From: Prochlorococcus marinus subsp. pastoris str. CCMP1986
GTDB lineage: Bacteria > Cyanobacteriota > Cyanobacteriia > PCC-6307 > Cyanobiaceae
DNA length: 32,000 nucleotides
NCBI RefSeq assembly: GCF_000011465.1
Contig: NC_005072.1
Location: 540,001 to 572,000, forward strand
Reading direction: 5' to 3'
The position numbers and the translations under genes are program-made. How positions within the stretch are numbered: the stretch's first letter is position 1; every line of letters starts with the position of its first letter. Below are positions 19,890 through 29,750 of the stretch, in pieces. The notes beneath the pieces are model-generated. The model saw only the letters and a program-made list of their open reading frames with translations, was not told the origin of the DNA and made no database searches.

Positions 19890-20483
19890 TTGTCAAAGAG
19901 AAATCCCATAATATTAATTCATGGACTCTGGAATACAGCAGACATTTTCTCTTCGATAACTTCTAAACTTGATGAAATTGGAATTGAATATTTTTCCCCA
20001 ACATTAAAGCACGAATATGGAATGACATCTATTGTTGAATTAACTAATTTATTAAATTATTTGATTTTAGAAAAATATGGTTATGAAAAAGAGCTTGATA
20101 TTTTGGGATTTTCGATGGGTGGAATAATTGGTAGATATTGGATTAAAAAATTGAATGGTTATAAAAGAACTCGAAGATTTATAACTATTGGTTCGCCACA
20201 TAATGGAACTCTTTCATCTCAATTAATTCCTAAGTATCCCTTTAAAGGAATATCTGAGATGAAAATAAATAGTCCTTTATTAAGAGAGCTTTCTAGATCC
20301 GATTATCTTCTTAGTGGAATCGATTGTATTAGTTTTTTTACTTATTGGGATCTTATGGTTTTCCCTGGATGGAGAGCTTGTTTGAATTCGGGTGAGAAAA
20401 TATCATTAAAGATCTATAAACATAAAAATTTGGTAAGAAATCCAGATGCTGTTGATAAAATTATCGAAAAACTTCTTAATTAA
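19890..20483 (+). CDS. Alpha/beta-hydrolase, lipase/esterase-like (PGAP1/DUF676-type)
   Basis: 197 aa. Strand-1 and oxyanion region PIILIHGLWNT, nucleophile elbow GFSMGG, GSPHNGT, and a C-terminal His (YKHKNL). The start is TTG at 19890; no in-frame ATG precedes the IILIHG strand. Confidence 0.75.
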   Translation: MSKRNPIILIHGLWNTADIFSSITSKLDEIGIEYFSPTLKHEYGMTSIVELTNLLNYLILEKYGYEKELDILGFSMGGIIGRYWIKKLNGYKRTRRFITIGSPHNGTLSSQLIPKYPFKGISEMKINSPLLRELSRSDYLLSGIDCISFFTYWDLMVFPGWRACLNSGEKISLKIYKHKNLVRNPDAVDKIIEKLLN

Positions 20484-22563
20484 CAGATGATAGACCTAAG
20501 TGTCTTATCAAAGAATCGGTTTTAGGTTCTCTCCCTCTAAATAATTTAAATACCTCTAAAGGAGAGAAACTTCCACCAAGACTTAAAATTGTATCTTTGA
20601 ATTTTTTACCTATGACTTTTATATTTTGATTATTTTCTAAATCAGCCTCTTCAAACATAGAAAAAGCATCGGCGCTTAAAACCTCTGCCCATTTATAAGA
20701 ATAATATCCAGCGGAATAACCTCCTGCAAATATGTGGCTAAAGCAACAAAGGAACTTATCTTCTCGAATAGGCTCGATTACCGTTGTATTTCTGGCAATT
20801 TCTTTTCTTATCTCATCAGAATTTTTACCCTGATTACTATTAATATTGCTATGCAATCTTATATCTGTAATTGCAAAATGTAGTTGTCTTAAAGTAGCCA
20901 TTCCGCAATTAAAAGTTCTATTCTTTACTAATTTTTCGAAATTCTCATCAGATAATTTCTCCCCTGTTTTATAGTGTTTGGCAATATTTAATAAAGTGTT
21001 TTTGTGAAAACACCAGTTTTCCATAAATTGACTAGGAAGTTCAACAGCATCCCATTCTACATTATTAATACCGGCTGCTTGTGGAAGATTTACTGTGGTA
21101 AGCATATGTTGAAGACCATGACCAAATTCATGGAACAAGGTTTGAACTTCATCAAAACTCATCAAACTTGGTTTGTCTTTGGATGGCGGGGTTTGATTAC
21201 AAACTAAATAAGCAACAGGTAATGTAATTCTACCAATATTGTTTCTGTTAAGGCATTCGTCCATCCAGGCACCTCCCCTCTTTGACTCGGGACGAGAGTA
21301 GGGATCCAGATAAAATGAAGCTATTTTTTTATCATCTTTATTTAGGATATTAAAAAACAAAACGTCATCATTCCATATAGGAGCTTCATTTATGGCTTCA
21401 ATTACTTTGATGTCGAAGAGCTTTTCACTAAGTTTAAAAAGACCTTTTAAAACATCATTCAGAGGGAACCAGGGTCTAAGTGATTCTTGATCTAAATTAA
21501 GTTTTTCCTTTCTGAGAAGCTCCGACCAATAGCTAATGTCCCATGATTGAAGATTTTCAGAGTTAGGGAATCCATTATCTTTTGAAAACTTATTAAGTCT
21601 AACTAATTCATTTTTGGCTGTTTTAAAGGCAGGCTTTCTAATCTCCTCTAAAAGTTTTTCAACATTATTAATTTCCTTAGCCATTTTTGTTGAAAGGCTT
21701 AATTCTGCCCAGCTTTCGTAACCAAGAAGTTTAGCCTGTTTAGTCCTAAGAGATAGAATTTCTTCAATTATTTGAGAGTTATTTTTTTCTCCATGAGAGG
21801 CTCTGCTTACAAAAGCTTTATATAATTTTTCCCTGAGATTACGGTCACTGGCATATGTCATAAACGCGGTATAGGTCGGAATATCTAAACTTAATCTCCA
21901 TGGCCCATTTTTTGCATCAGCTTCTCCTTCTTTATTTAAGGATTTGTGAGCTGATATTGACATTAGTTCTAAAACCCTTTCTGGGACTCCATCTATTTGA
22001 GATTTATCATTTAGGATTAATGACCAAGAATTAGTAGCATCTAAAACATTATTGCTGAATTTTGTAGAAAGTTTTCCAAGCTTTTCAGAAATAACATTGA
22101 ATTCTTTCTGGGTATCTGTATTTAATGAAATACCTCTATGTTCCATTTCGAGAATTTCTTTTTCTAGAATTCTATTTTTGATTTCATCAAAATCATTTGT
22201 TTTTTTAAGCTTTAAAAGAGCACTATAAATAATTTTACTTTGTCCAAACTTATTACTTAGATTAATAATTTCAGGTAGAAACTTTGAGTAAATTTCTCTT
22301 AAGCTTTCAGAATTTTTTACTCCATTAAGATGACTTATAACTCCCCAACTCCACCTTAGAATCTCATTGACTTCATTTAAAGGATTAATTACTTTGTCCC
22401 ATTCTAGATTTTCTTGTTCTAAGTAATTAGATAAAAATTTTTCAATTTTTTTGAAATCTAGATTTATCTTTTCTATTACGCCTGGAAATTCTTGATTAAT
22501 TCTATCGGAAGAAAATTTGTTAAATTCTGGTAATTCTCCGTAATTAAAAATTGAAGTTTCCAT
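20476..22563 (-). CDS. prlC: Oligopeptidase A (M3 family zinc metallopeptidase)
   Basis: 695 aa with the zinc motif HEFGHGLQH. Length and C-terminal conservation (GGYSAGYYSYKWAEVLSADAF) are typical of M3A peptidases. Confidence 0.92.
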   Translation of the reverse strand: METSIFNYGELPEFNKFSSDRINQEFPGVIEKINLDFKKIEKFLSNYLEQENLEWDKVINPLNEVNEILRWSWGVISHLNGVKNSESLREIYSKFLPEIINLSNKFGQSKIIYSALLKLKKTNDFDEIKNRILEKEILEMEHRGISLNTDTQKEFNVISEKLGKLSTKFSNNVLDATNSWSLILNDKSQIDGVPERVLELMSISAHKSLNKEGEADAKNGPWRLSLDIPTYTAFMTYASDRNLREKLYKAFVSRASHGEKNNSQIIEEILSLRTKQAKLLGYESWAELSLSTKMAKEINNVEKLLEEIRKPAFKTAKNELVRLNKFSKDNGFPNSENLQSWDISYWSELLRKEKLNLDQESLRPWFPLNDVLKGLFKLSEKLFDIKVIEAINEAPIWNDDVLFFNILNKDDKKIASFYLDPYSRPESKRGGAWMDECLNRNNIGRITLPVAYLVCNQTPPSKDKPSLMSFDEVQTLFHEFGHGLQHMLTTVNLPQAAGINNVEWDAVELPSQFMENWCFHKNTLLNIAKHYKTGEKLSDENFEKLVKNRTFNCGMATLRQLHFAITDIRLHSNINSNQGKNSDEIRKEIARNTTVIEPIREDKFLCCFSHIFAGGYSAGYYSYKWAEVLSADAFSMFEEADLENNQNIKVIGKKFKDTILSLGGSFSPLEVFKLFRGREPKTDSLIRHLGLSSVN

Positions 22564-22567
22564 TTTA

Positions 22568-24118
22568 TCAAAGATTAAATTGACTAATGTTTGAGATTAA
22601 CCCAATTAATTTAGCTAAAGTTAGTTGTTGACTGAGAGCATTTGTTGAAGATTCATATAAATTTATAGCAATTTTTGGCCAAAAACCTATTACTAAAGTA
22701 GGCAATAATAAACTGAACCCGATTGTCAATTCTCTACCATTCATTTCTTTTACGGTAGCTAGCGCAGGAATTCTAGGTCCGAAAAATACTCTTCTACACA
22801 TCGAAAGAAGATATATGGGCGTTAGGACAAGACCAATTGCCGCTATAAGAATTGTGATTGATCTAAAAAGAGAGCTAAAACCCTCTTGACTTGTGATCCC
22901 TAAAAATACGGTGATTTCGCTTATAAATCCACTCATTCCTGGTAAGGCCAGAGACGCTAGTGAGCTCGCCAAGAAAAAAGCAAATGTTATGGGTAAGACC
23001 TTTGCTAAGCCACCCATGTTTGGAATTGACAGAGTATTTGTTCTCTCATAGAAGGAGCCTGTGACGAAGAACATTGCCGCCGCTATGAGTCCGTGACTTA
23101 TCATTTGTAGCATTGCTCCGCTTATACCTAACGCATCAACTGCTCCAATACCCAGAAGAACAAAACCCATATGACTTACTGAACTACATGCGATTCTTCT
23201 TTTCACGTTATCTTGAGCAAATGCATTTAAGGCCCCATATATTATATTGATAATTCCAAGAATAATTAAAGCAGGTGCAAGTTGTAGATGCACTTCGGGT
23301 AATATTTGTACATTAAATCTTAAAAGAGCATATCCCCCCATCTTTAAAAGGATTCCCGCTAGTAACATTGATACTGGAGCATTAGCTTCCCCATGAGCAT
23401 CAGGTAACCAAGTATGCAATGGGAAGATAGGAAGTTTAACACCAAAACCTATTAGAAATCCTAGATAAGATAATAATGCGAGACTACCTTTTACCTGTTT
23501 ATTTGTTATTTCGGTAAGATTTAGGGTAAATGTATCACCACTCAATGCAAGTGCAAGTCCGCTTATAAGTATTAGTAATGATGCTAATGCTGTATAAAGA
23601 ATAAATTTTGTAGCTGCATATAATTTTTTCTTGCCTCCCCAAATAGCAATAAGAAGATAAACAGGAACCAATTCTAATTCCCAAGCTAAGAAAAATAATA
23701 AGAAATCTTGAGAAAGGAAAACTAGTGCTTGAGCTGAGGCCTGAATTAGTAAAAGAGCAAAATATAAATTAGATTTTTTCTTTATTTTCCAACTAGCTGC
23801 AGCTGATAAAAAGGTAATTAATCCGCTCAAAGCTACTAGTGGCGCAGATAGTCCATCTATGCCAAGAGACCATTCTAGGCCTATTGAGGGTAGCCAAGTT
23901 AATCTTTCAATAAGTTGTAATGAGCTATTTGTTGTATCAAATTTTTGGAAAAGTACTCCAACTATGAGAAGAAAATCTATAAATAAAAAACTTAATGAGA
24001 TATTTCTTGGGAGTGTATTATCTTCTCCTTCCTTAGAACTTAAGAAAGGCATTATTAATGCCCCAATTAAGGGTAATAAAACAATAGATGATAGCAAAGG
24101 AAAAGATTCTAAATTCAT
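22568..24118 (-). CDS. ndhD: NAD(P)H-quinone oxidoreductase (NDH-1) subunit 4 / chain M
   Basis: 516 aa, polytopic membrane protein. Conserved complex-I antiporter-like motifs include [45 protein letters not shown] and [12 protein letters not shown]. It ends 4 nt before the prlC start. Confidence 0.9.
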   Translation of the reverse strand: MNLESFPLLSSIVLLPLIGALIMPFLSSKEGEDNTLPRNISLSFLFIDFLLIVGVLFQKFDTTNSSLQLIERLTWLPSIGLEWSLGIDGLSAPLVALSGLITFLSAAASWKIKKKSNLYFALLLIQASAQALVFLSQDFLLFFLAWELELVPVYLLIAIWGGKKKLYAATKFILYTALASLLILISGLALALSGDTFTLNLTEITNKQVKGSLALLSYLGFLIGFGVKLPIFPLHTWLPDAHGEANAPVSMLLAGILLKMGGYALLRFNVQILPEVHLQLAPALIILGIINIIYGALNAFAQDNVKRRIACSSVSHMGFVLLGIGAVDALGISGAMLQMISHGLIAAAMFFVTGSFYERTNTLSIPNMGGLAKVLPITFAFFLASSLASLALPGMSGFISEITVFLGITSQEGFSSLFRSITILIAAIGLVLTPIYLLSMCRRVFFGPRIPALATVKEMNGRELTIGFSLLLPTLVIGFWPKIAINLYESSTNALSQQLTLAKLIGLISNISQFNL

Positions 24119-24196
24119 AGAATAATGAATAATTTTTTTATTCTAGTTGAAGTTGTTCTAGCTTGAGACTATAACATTAAAAATGCCTAAGTAAAA

Positions 24197-25144
24197 CTAC
24201 TTACCAGAGATATCCCTGAATTGGCTGCCTGTTGTTTGGACGTTCAAATATGGTGCTCTACTTGCCACGCCTGAGTTTTCCCAAGCTTTTACCATGGCTT
24301 GACTGACTTCTCTACCCTTGTCCTTTTTACACAAAGCTAATATACTTGGCCCTGCTCCACTAATTGCACAGCCCAAAGCGCCAGCTTGTAGTGCGGCATC
24401 TTTAACTTCCAATCCACCTTTAATAAGCTTCCATCGGTATGGTTCATGTAATTTGTCAAACATGCCCTCTTTTATTAATTCATCATTACCTGTTTTTAAG
24501 CCGTTTAGTAATAAAGTAAGTGCCCCCATATTTGTTACAGCATCAGAAATAGGTACATTCTTCGGCATTACTCTCCTTGCTTCACTTGTACTTAAACGTA
24601 TAGCAGGTATTGCAACTACAGTTTTAATTGAATCATGCCAGTCACATCTAATAATTCTCCATCTCTGAGAAGATGACCTGGCAGTTAAACATAGCCCCCC
24701 CAAAAGAGAAGGAACTACATTATCAGGATGACCTTCAATATCAATCGCAAGTTCTAAAAGTTTTTCTTTAGGTAAAGGGGAGTTCATAATCGCATTTGCT
24801 CCGATTAGTCCTGCAACTATTGCTGTTGCACTACTCCCTAGTCCGCGAGCAGGGGGGACTGCTAATTTCACTCTAGCTTCAAGGGCGAAAGGTTTGATAT
24901 TGGCACTTTCCCATACTTTCTGCGCAGCCCTAAAAACTAAATTTTCTGGGCCTCCTCTTAAGTGATTACCATCAGTACTCTCCATTATCAAATCAAATCG
25001 ATCTCTGCCTCCATCTATTCTTGTAAAGATAAATTCGTTATATAAATCTAATGCTGCACCTAGACAGTCGAATCCAGGACCTAAATTAGCAGTTGTAGAA
25101 GGAACTGTTACTATAATTTTTTTTCCTACTTCTGGAGAAGACAT
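24197..25144 (-). CDS. thrB: Homoserine kinase
   Basis: The ORF-track entry 24197..25213 was trimmed to the internal ATG at 25144 (MSSPEVGKKIIVTVPSTTANLGPGFD...), giving 315 aa. The longer form would overlap the glk 3' end by 62 nt. GHMP-kinase motifs are PSTTANLGPGFD and PPARGLGSSATAIVAG. Confidence 0.93.
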   Translation of the reverse strand: MSSPEVGKKIIVTVPSTTANLGPGFDCLGAALDLYNEFIFTRIDGGRDRFDLIMESTDGNHLRGGPENLVFRAAQKVWESANIKPFALEARVKLAVPPARGLGSSATAIVAGLIGANAIMNSPLPKEKLLELAIDIEGHPDNVVPSLLGGLCLTARSSSQRWRIIRCDWHDSIKTVVAIPAIRLSTSEARRVMPKNVPISDAVTNMGALTLLLNGLKTGNDELIKEGMFDKLHEPYRWKLIKGGLEVKDAALQAGALGCAISGAGPSILALCKKDKGREVSQAMVKAWENSGVASRAPYLNVQTTGSQFRDISGK

Positions 25145-25151
25145 ATGAAAA

Positions 25152-26189
25152 TTATTCTTTTTGTGAAAGCATTTTTGCTCTGCAGGCTGCGCTAAATAAT
25201 CCAAACTCTTCATCTAAGATTACATTCACAGGTATATTTTTAAGAATATCTTTTAATCTTCCTTTATCTGAAAATTGTTTCATAAATAAACCTGATTTAA
25301 AGTTTATGAAATGTTTTGGAGCGGTTCCTCCAGAAATCCATAACCCTCCATAACATAATTCTTGAAGAGCAACGTCACCCAATAATGAGGCGTAAGCATC
25401 TAACCATATTCTTTCCACTTCAATCATCATCTTATCCCCTAGATTAGAAAGATTACAAATTTCTTGAGGAAGTTCTTTTCTTAAATTATCAGAAGTTTTT
25501 AATTCTTTTAAGTATTTTTGTAGAGGATGGTTTTTGGCATCAGGTTTGCTAAGTCTCCACTCAGCTATTCTTGATAACCCAGTCCCACTTATGATTCTTT
25601 CACAAGATATTCTTTCAACTTTTAAAGAATATTTGAGCCAATTCTTTAATTCCCATTCTAAATCTGACTTTGGCGAGTATTCAACATGACCACCTTCGCT
25701 AGCTAAAACTTTTACTTTATTTCCAGATATTATGCCTTTTGCAATGCCTAGACCAGTTCCTGCTCCAACGATTGCATGTAAATCTTTATTGACGCCTACT
25801 GACCGGTCTCCATTTTGAATAGCAGAATATTGACTTTTTTTCAAAAAAGGTATTCCATAAATTTGCACTGCAAAATCGTTTACTAGCTCGCAATTTTTAA
25901 ATTTAAATTTCTTTTTTAATTCATCGCCAGAAATATTCCACGATAAATTAATTATTTCCGCATTATTATTAGATATGGGACCTGCTACCGCGAAACAAGC
26001 AGAAAAAGGATGATTAATGTTTTTGCATTCATTTTTTAAGAAATCTTCTAAAATTGTGTCAATTGAATCCCATTCAGAAGATAAATATTTTTTTTTTAAA
26101 ATTAAAATTGGAGTACAAGTATTAACTTCCTTTTTGAAAATTCCTAAAAGAACTTTTGTACCTCCTAGATCACAAGCAAGAAAATTCAT
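25152..26189 (-). CDS. glk: Glucokinase
   Basis: 345 aa. N-terminal ATP-binding motif LACDLGGTK, then VGAGTGLG and EGGH, typical of bacterial Glk. It starts 9 nt after the thrS stop. Confidence 0.88.
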   Translation of the reverse strand: MNFLACDLGGTKVLLGIFKKEVNTCTPILILKKKYLSSEWDSIDTILEDFLKNECKNINHPFSACFAVAGPISNNNAEIINLSWNISGDELKKKFKFKNCELVNDFAVQIYGIPFLKKSQYSAIQNGDRSVGVNKDLHAIVGAGTGLGIAKGIISGNKVKVLASEGGHVEYSPKSDLEWELKNWLKYSLKVERISCERIISGTGLSRIAEWRLSKPDAKNHPLQKYLKELKTSDNLRKELPQEICNLSNLGDKMMIEVERIWLDAYASLLGDVALQELCYGGLWISGGTAPKHFINFKSGLFMKQFSDKGRLKDILKNIPVNVILDEEFGLFSAACRAKMLSQKE

Positions 26190-26198
26190 CTGTGAAAA

Positions 26199-28115
26199 TT
26201 ATTCTGTTCTTCCTTTTTTTTCTATTAAATTATTCATTAATTTATAGAGATCATCTAACTTGAAAATTCCTAAATTTTTTCCATCTAAGGCTCTTAAAGC
26301 AACTGAATCAAATTGTTCTTCTTTATCGCCAATAACTGCAATTAACGGAATTCTTCCAATAGTTGCTTCTCTTATCTTATAGCCTATTTTTTCATTTCTA
26401 ATATCAACTTTCGAACGATATCCCTTAGAATTTATTAATTGATTAAATTTCAAACATTTTTCAATATTCCTATCGGTAATGCTCAACAAAATTATTTGAT
26501 AAGGTGCAAGCCAGATTGGGAATTTGGCTTCATATTGTTCTATTAAGATTCCAATAAATCTTTCAAAAGATCCCAAAATTGCCCTGTGGAGCATTACTGG
26601 ATTTCTTTTTTCGTTATTCAAATCTATATAGGTTGCATCCAATCTTATAGGCATTGAGAAATCAACTTGAATTGTTCCACATTGCCAAACTCTATCAAGA
26701 CAATCTTTTAAAGAGAATTCTATTTTTGGACCATAAAAAGCCCCTTCTCCAGGCTGTAATACCCATTTAAGACTTTTATTATCAAGAGCCTTCATAAGTG
26801 CCTCTTCTGATTTATCCCAAATATTTTCACTCCCCACCCTTTTCTCAGGACGGGTTGATAATTTGATAATAATTTCATCAAAACCAAAAGTTTTATAAAC
26901 CTCGAAAACAAGATCAATGAAAGTAGACACTTCAGCTTGTATTTGTTCTTCTGTACAGAAAATGTGTGCGTCGTCCTGAGTAAAATTTCTAACTCTCATT
27001 AAACCGTGCAATGCACCAGAGGGTTCATTTCTATGACAAGAACCAAATTCAGCAAGGCGAATAGGTAAATCTTTATAACTTTTTAAACCTTGATTAAATA
27101 CTTGAATATGGCAAGGACAATTCATTGGTTTTATTGCATAAGTTCTATTTTCTGATGCCGTAGTGAACATATCTTCTCTGAATTTATCCCAATGACCTGA
27201 TTTTTCCCAAAGAGATTTATCAACAGCTTGAGGGGTTTTAATTTCTAGATAATCATTTTTATTAAGTATTTCTCTTACATATTTTTCAAGAACTTGGTAG
27301 ATTGTCCATCCATTTGGATGCCAAAAAATCATACCTGGAGATTCTTCTTGTATGTGAAAGAGTGAATGCTTTTTTCCAAGTTTTCTATGATCTCTTTTTT
27401 CCGCCTCTTCGATTCTTTTTAAGTAATCATTGAGTTCTTTCTCTTTAGCCCAAGCAGTTCCATATATTCTCTGTAATGATTCATTTTCACTATTACCTCT
27501 CCAATATGAACCAGATAACTTTAATAATTTAAAATGTCTAAGGTGGCATGTATTTGGAACATGAGGACCTCTGCACATATCAATATATTCTTCGTGTTTA
27601 TATAAATTGATGAGACCTTCATCAGGAATTTCTTCAATTATTCTTAATTTAAAAGTTTCATCTCTTTCTTGAAAAGTTTTAATTGCTTCTTTTTTGGTAA
27701 CTTGTAAAATCTCAACATCATAATTTTTTTTAATTAAGTTATTAATTCTGTTTTCTATTTTTATTAAATCCTCAGGCGTAAATCTATATTCCGAAAAAAT
27801 ATCATAATAAAAGCCATTATCAATTACTGGACCAATTGCCATTTTTATATTTGGATAAAGTTGTTTAACGGCATGACCAATCAAATGAGCAAAGGAATGT
27901 CTAATTATCTCTATACCGTCTTTATCACGGGATGTAATTATTACCACTTTAGAATCATTATCTATGGGAAGTGTTGCATCAAAAAGAACGTCATTTACTT
28001 TTCCCGCAATTGTTGCTTTGGCTAAGCCGGATCCAATACTCTGAGCTATTTCTTGAATAGTTACCGGCTTTTCAAATACTTTTTTAGATCCATCTGGTAA
28101 TGTTATTTCTGGCAT
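26199..28115 (-). CDS. thrS: Threonine--tRNA ligase
   Basis: 638 aa. N-terminal TGS domain (ITLPDGS), RDHRKLG, class II catalytic core ([30 protein letters not shown]) and a C-terminal anticodon-binding domain. Confidence 0.96.
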   Translation of the reverse strand: MPEITLPDGSKKVFEKPVTIQEIAQSIGSGLAKATIAGKVNDVLFDATLPIDNDSKVVIITSRDKDGIEIIRHSFAHLIGHAVKQLYPNIKMAIGPVIDNGFYYDIFSEYRFTPEDLIKIENRINNLIKKNYDVEILQVTKKEAIKTFQERDETFKLRIIEEIPDEGLINLYKHEEYIDMCRGPHVPNTCHLRHFKLLKLSGSYWRGNSENESLQRIYGTAWAKEKELNDYLKRIEEAEKRDHRKLGKKHSLFHIQEESPGMIFWHPNGWTIYQVLEKYVREILNKNDYLEIKTPQAVDKSLWEKSGHWDKFREDMFTTASENRTYAIKPMNCPCHIQVFNQGLKSYKDLPIRLAEFGSCHRNEPSGALHGLMRVRNFTQDDAHIFCTEEQIQAEVSTFIDLVFEVYKTFGFDEIIIKLSTRPEKRVGSENIWDKSEEALMKALDNKSLKWVLQPGEGAFYGPKIEFSLKDCLDRVWQCGTIQVDFSMPIRLDATYIDLNNEKRNPVMLHRAILGSFERFIGILIEQYEAKFPIWLAPYQIILLSITDRNIEKCLKFNQLINSKGYRSKVDIRNEKIGYKIREATIGRIPLIAVIGDKEEQFDSVALRALDGKNLGIFKLDDLYKLMNNLIEKKGRTE

Positions 28116-28118
28116 GAT

Positions 28119-29135
28119 TTATTTCTCTATTTCAAAAAATCCTAATTCAGATTTAACTCTACTAAGGGTTTTATTTGCCACTACTTCAGCTTTCTCTTTA
28201 CCTTGGATAAGTATCTTATTTAACTCATGCGGATCGTTAATCAGAACTTGATATCTTTCTTGAATAGGTTTAAGCGATTCTATTATTTGTTCTGTAAATA
28301 TTTTTTTAAAGGTCCCCCATCCTGTTTGAGATAAATCGTTCTCTAATTCAGAAACTTCTTTACCACTTAATAATGAATAAATCATTAAAAGATTTCTGGA
28401 TTCAGGCCTCTCGGGATTATTAAATTCCATTCCCATATAACTATCACTTTTAGCTCTTTTTATTTTTTTTGTAATTATTTCAGGAGTATCTAACAAATTA
28501 ATTCTACTCCCCTCGTTAATGTCACTTTTGCTCATTTTTTTAGATCCATCATTTAAGCTCATTATCTTTGAACCTTTTTTCATAATTATTGGTTGAGGAA
28601 TTTTTAATATGTTTTCTTCCTTACCAAATTTGGCATTAATTCTCTGTTGTGCAATATCTTTGGCAAGTTCTAAGTGTTGTTTTTGATCTTCCCCTACTGG
28701 AACATAATCAGCATCGTATAACAAAATATCCGCAGCCATTAAGATTGGATAATCAAATAATCCAATAGAAACATTATTTCCTTGCTGAATAGATTTTTCC
28801 TTAAATTGGATCATTCTTTCCATCCAATTTATGGGAGTCATGCAATTTAATATCCAACAAAGTTCTGAATGTGCAGATATCTGGCTTTGAACAAAAATAG
28901 AACAAATTTTAGGATTTATACCACAAGCAATATATAAAGCTGCAGTGGAAAGTGTATTTTTAGAAAGTTGTTTGGTGTCATATTCTGTAGTAATTGCATG
29001 TAAATCAACTACACAAAGGAATGTTTCATGCTTCTCTTGGAGTTCAACCCAATTGTTTATTGCTCCAAGCCAGTTACCAATATGTAAATCTCCTGTAGGT
29101 TGAACTCCAGAAAGAATCCTTTTTTTATTTGTCAT
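28119..29135 (-). CDS. trpS: Tryptophan--tRNA ligase
   Basis: The ORF-track entry 28119..29228 was trimmed to the ATG at 29135 (MTNKKRILSGVQPTGDLHIGNWLG...), giving 338 aa, the usual TrpRS size. HIGH-type motif GDLHIGN and KMSKS motif KKMSKS are present. The 31 extra codons are a Lys-rich out-of-frame read of the upstream gene's tail. Confidence 0.94.
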   Translation of the reverse strand: MTNKKRILSGVQPTGDLHIGNWLGAINNWVELQEKHETFLCVVDLHAITTEYDTKQLSKNTLSTAALYIACGINPKICSIFVQSQISAHSELCWILNCMTPINWMERMIQFKEKSIQQGNNVSIGLFDYPILMAADILLYDADYVPVGEDQKQHLELAKDIAQQRINAKFGKEENILKIPQPIIMKKGSKIMSLNDGSKKMSKSDINEGSRINLLDTPEIITKKIKRAKSDSYMGMEFNNPERPESRNLLMIYSLLSGKEVSELENDLSQTGWGTFKKIFTEQIIESLKPIQERYQVLINDPHELNKILIQGKEKAEVVANKTLSRVKSELGFFEIEK

Positions 29136-29580
29136 CCACTTCTTCTTGTTCTTTTTTGATTTCTTCTTTGATTTCTTCTTTGTTAGGTTGAGTTTGTTCA
29201 CTAGGTGTATTTTTAACTGGTCTTGCAAAAGGATCAGGAACTACTTTTTTACTTCTGTTTTCAGAAGCTGTTGCCTTATTCGGTGACGATGTGTTTTTGT
29301 TATTTCTTGCAAATTTTGTTATCGATTCCATTAAATCTTTATCTTCAATCATTTCGCTAAGTGTTCTAACTGAAAATCCTAAAACTGCGACTGTCGACTT
29401 GAGTTGAAAAGCCTCCTGTATTGATCTAACAGCTTTCATTTCATTATCACTTAATCTTATTCGAAATCCTCCTCCATCTCTATTTCCTCCAGATCTGTTC
29501 CTAAAGTTAGATCTATCATTATTACCACGGCTTCTGTAGTTCTCTTGACCATAATTATTGTCGTAATTGGAATTTGACAT
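29125..29580 (-). CDS. Hypothetical protein with an RGG/RNR-rich disordered N-terminus and an acidic KEEI-repeat tail
   Basis: 151-aa ORF. The N-terminus is NYRSRGNNDRSNFRNRSGGNRDGGGFRIR. A central, likely folded segment is LSDNEMKAVRSIQEAFQLKSTVAVLGFSVRTLSEMI. The C-terminus is KEEIKEEIKKEQEEVDDK. Its stop (29125-29127) lies 11 nt inside trpS. No family recognised. Confidence 0.6.
   Translation of the reverse strand: MSNSNYDNNYGQENYRSRGNNDRSNFRNRSGGNRDGGGFRIRLSDNEMKAVRSIQEAFQLKSTVAVLGFSVRTLSEMIEDKDLMESITKFARNNKNTSSPNKATASENRSKKVVPDPFARPVKNTPSEQTQPNKEEIKEEIKKEQEEVDDK
29158..29181. repeat. Perfect 12-bp tandem duplication (GATTTCTTCTTT)x2
   Basis: Read directly at 29158-29169 and 29170-29181. 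On the minus strand it encodes the KEEIKEEI repeat at the C-terminus of the 151-aa protein, just upstream of the trpS start. Confidence 0.9.
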
Positions 29581-29750
29581 CTTAGAGATTCTTTTTTTTA
29601 TTTAAACAGTCTATTAACTTACCACCTAGTTATGCAAGAAGTCTTAAATTGAGCTTTAAAAAATTTTATCTATAGTTGAAGAGTTATGTAATTTTTCTTT
29701 TTTCATTCACAACTTGCACTAAAGTAGAAAAATAAGGATATTAAATTATT

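Noticed and set aside
22568-25144. A visibly G+C-richer stretch over thrB and ndhD, which might suggest horizontal acquisition.
   Set aside because: By hand count, third-position G+C in thrB is only modestly above that of its neighbours, and highest at the 3' end. Both proteins are Gly/Ala/Pro/Leu-rich and highly conserved, which raises G+C at codon positions 1 and 2. There are no flanking repeats, tRNA or integrase, and the gene order is the ordinary core order.
25145-25213. A 23-codon N-terminal extension of thrB.
   Set aside because: It would overlap the glk 3' end by 62 nt. The conserved homoserine-kinase N-terminus begins right after the internal ATG at 25144.
29136-29228. A 31-codon Lys-rich N-terminal extension of trpS (…KKKSKKKSKKNKKKW).
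   Set aside because: It is an out-of-frame reading of the KEEI-repeat tail of the upstream gene. The TrpRS core, with its HIGH-type motif, starts immediately after the ATG at 29135.
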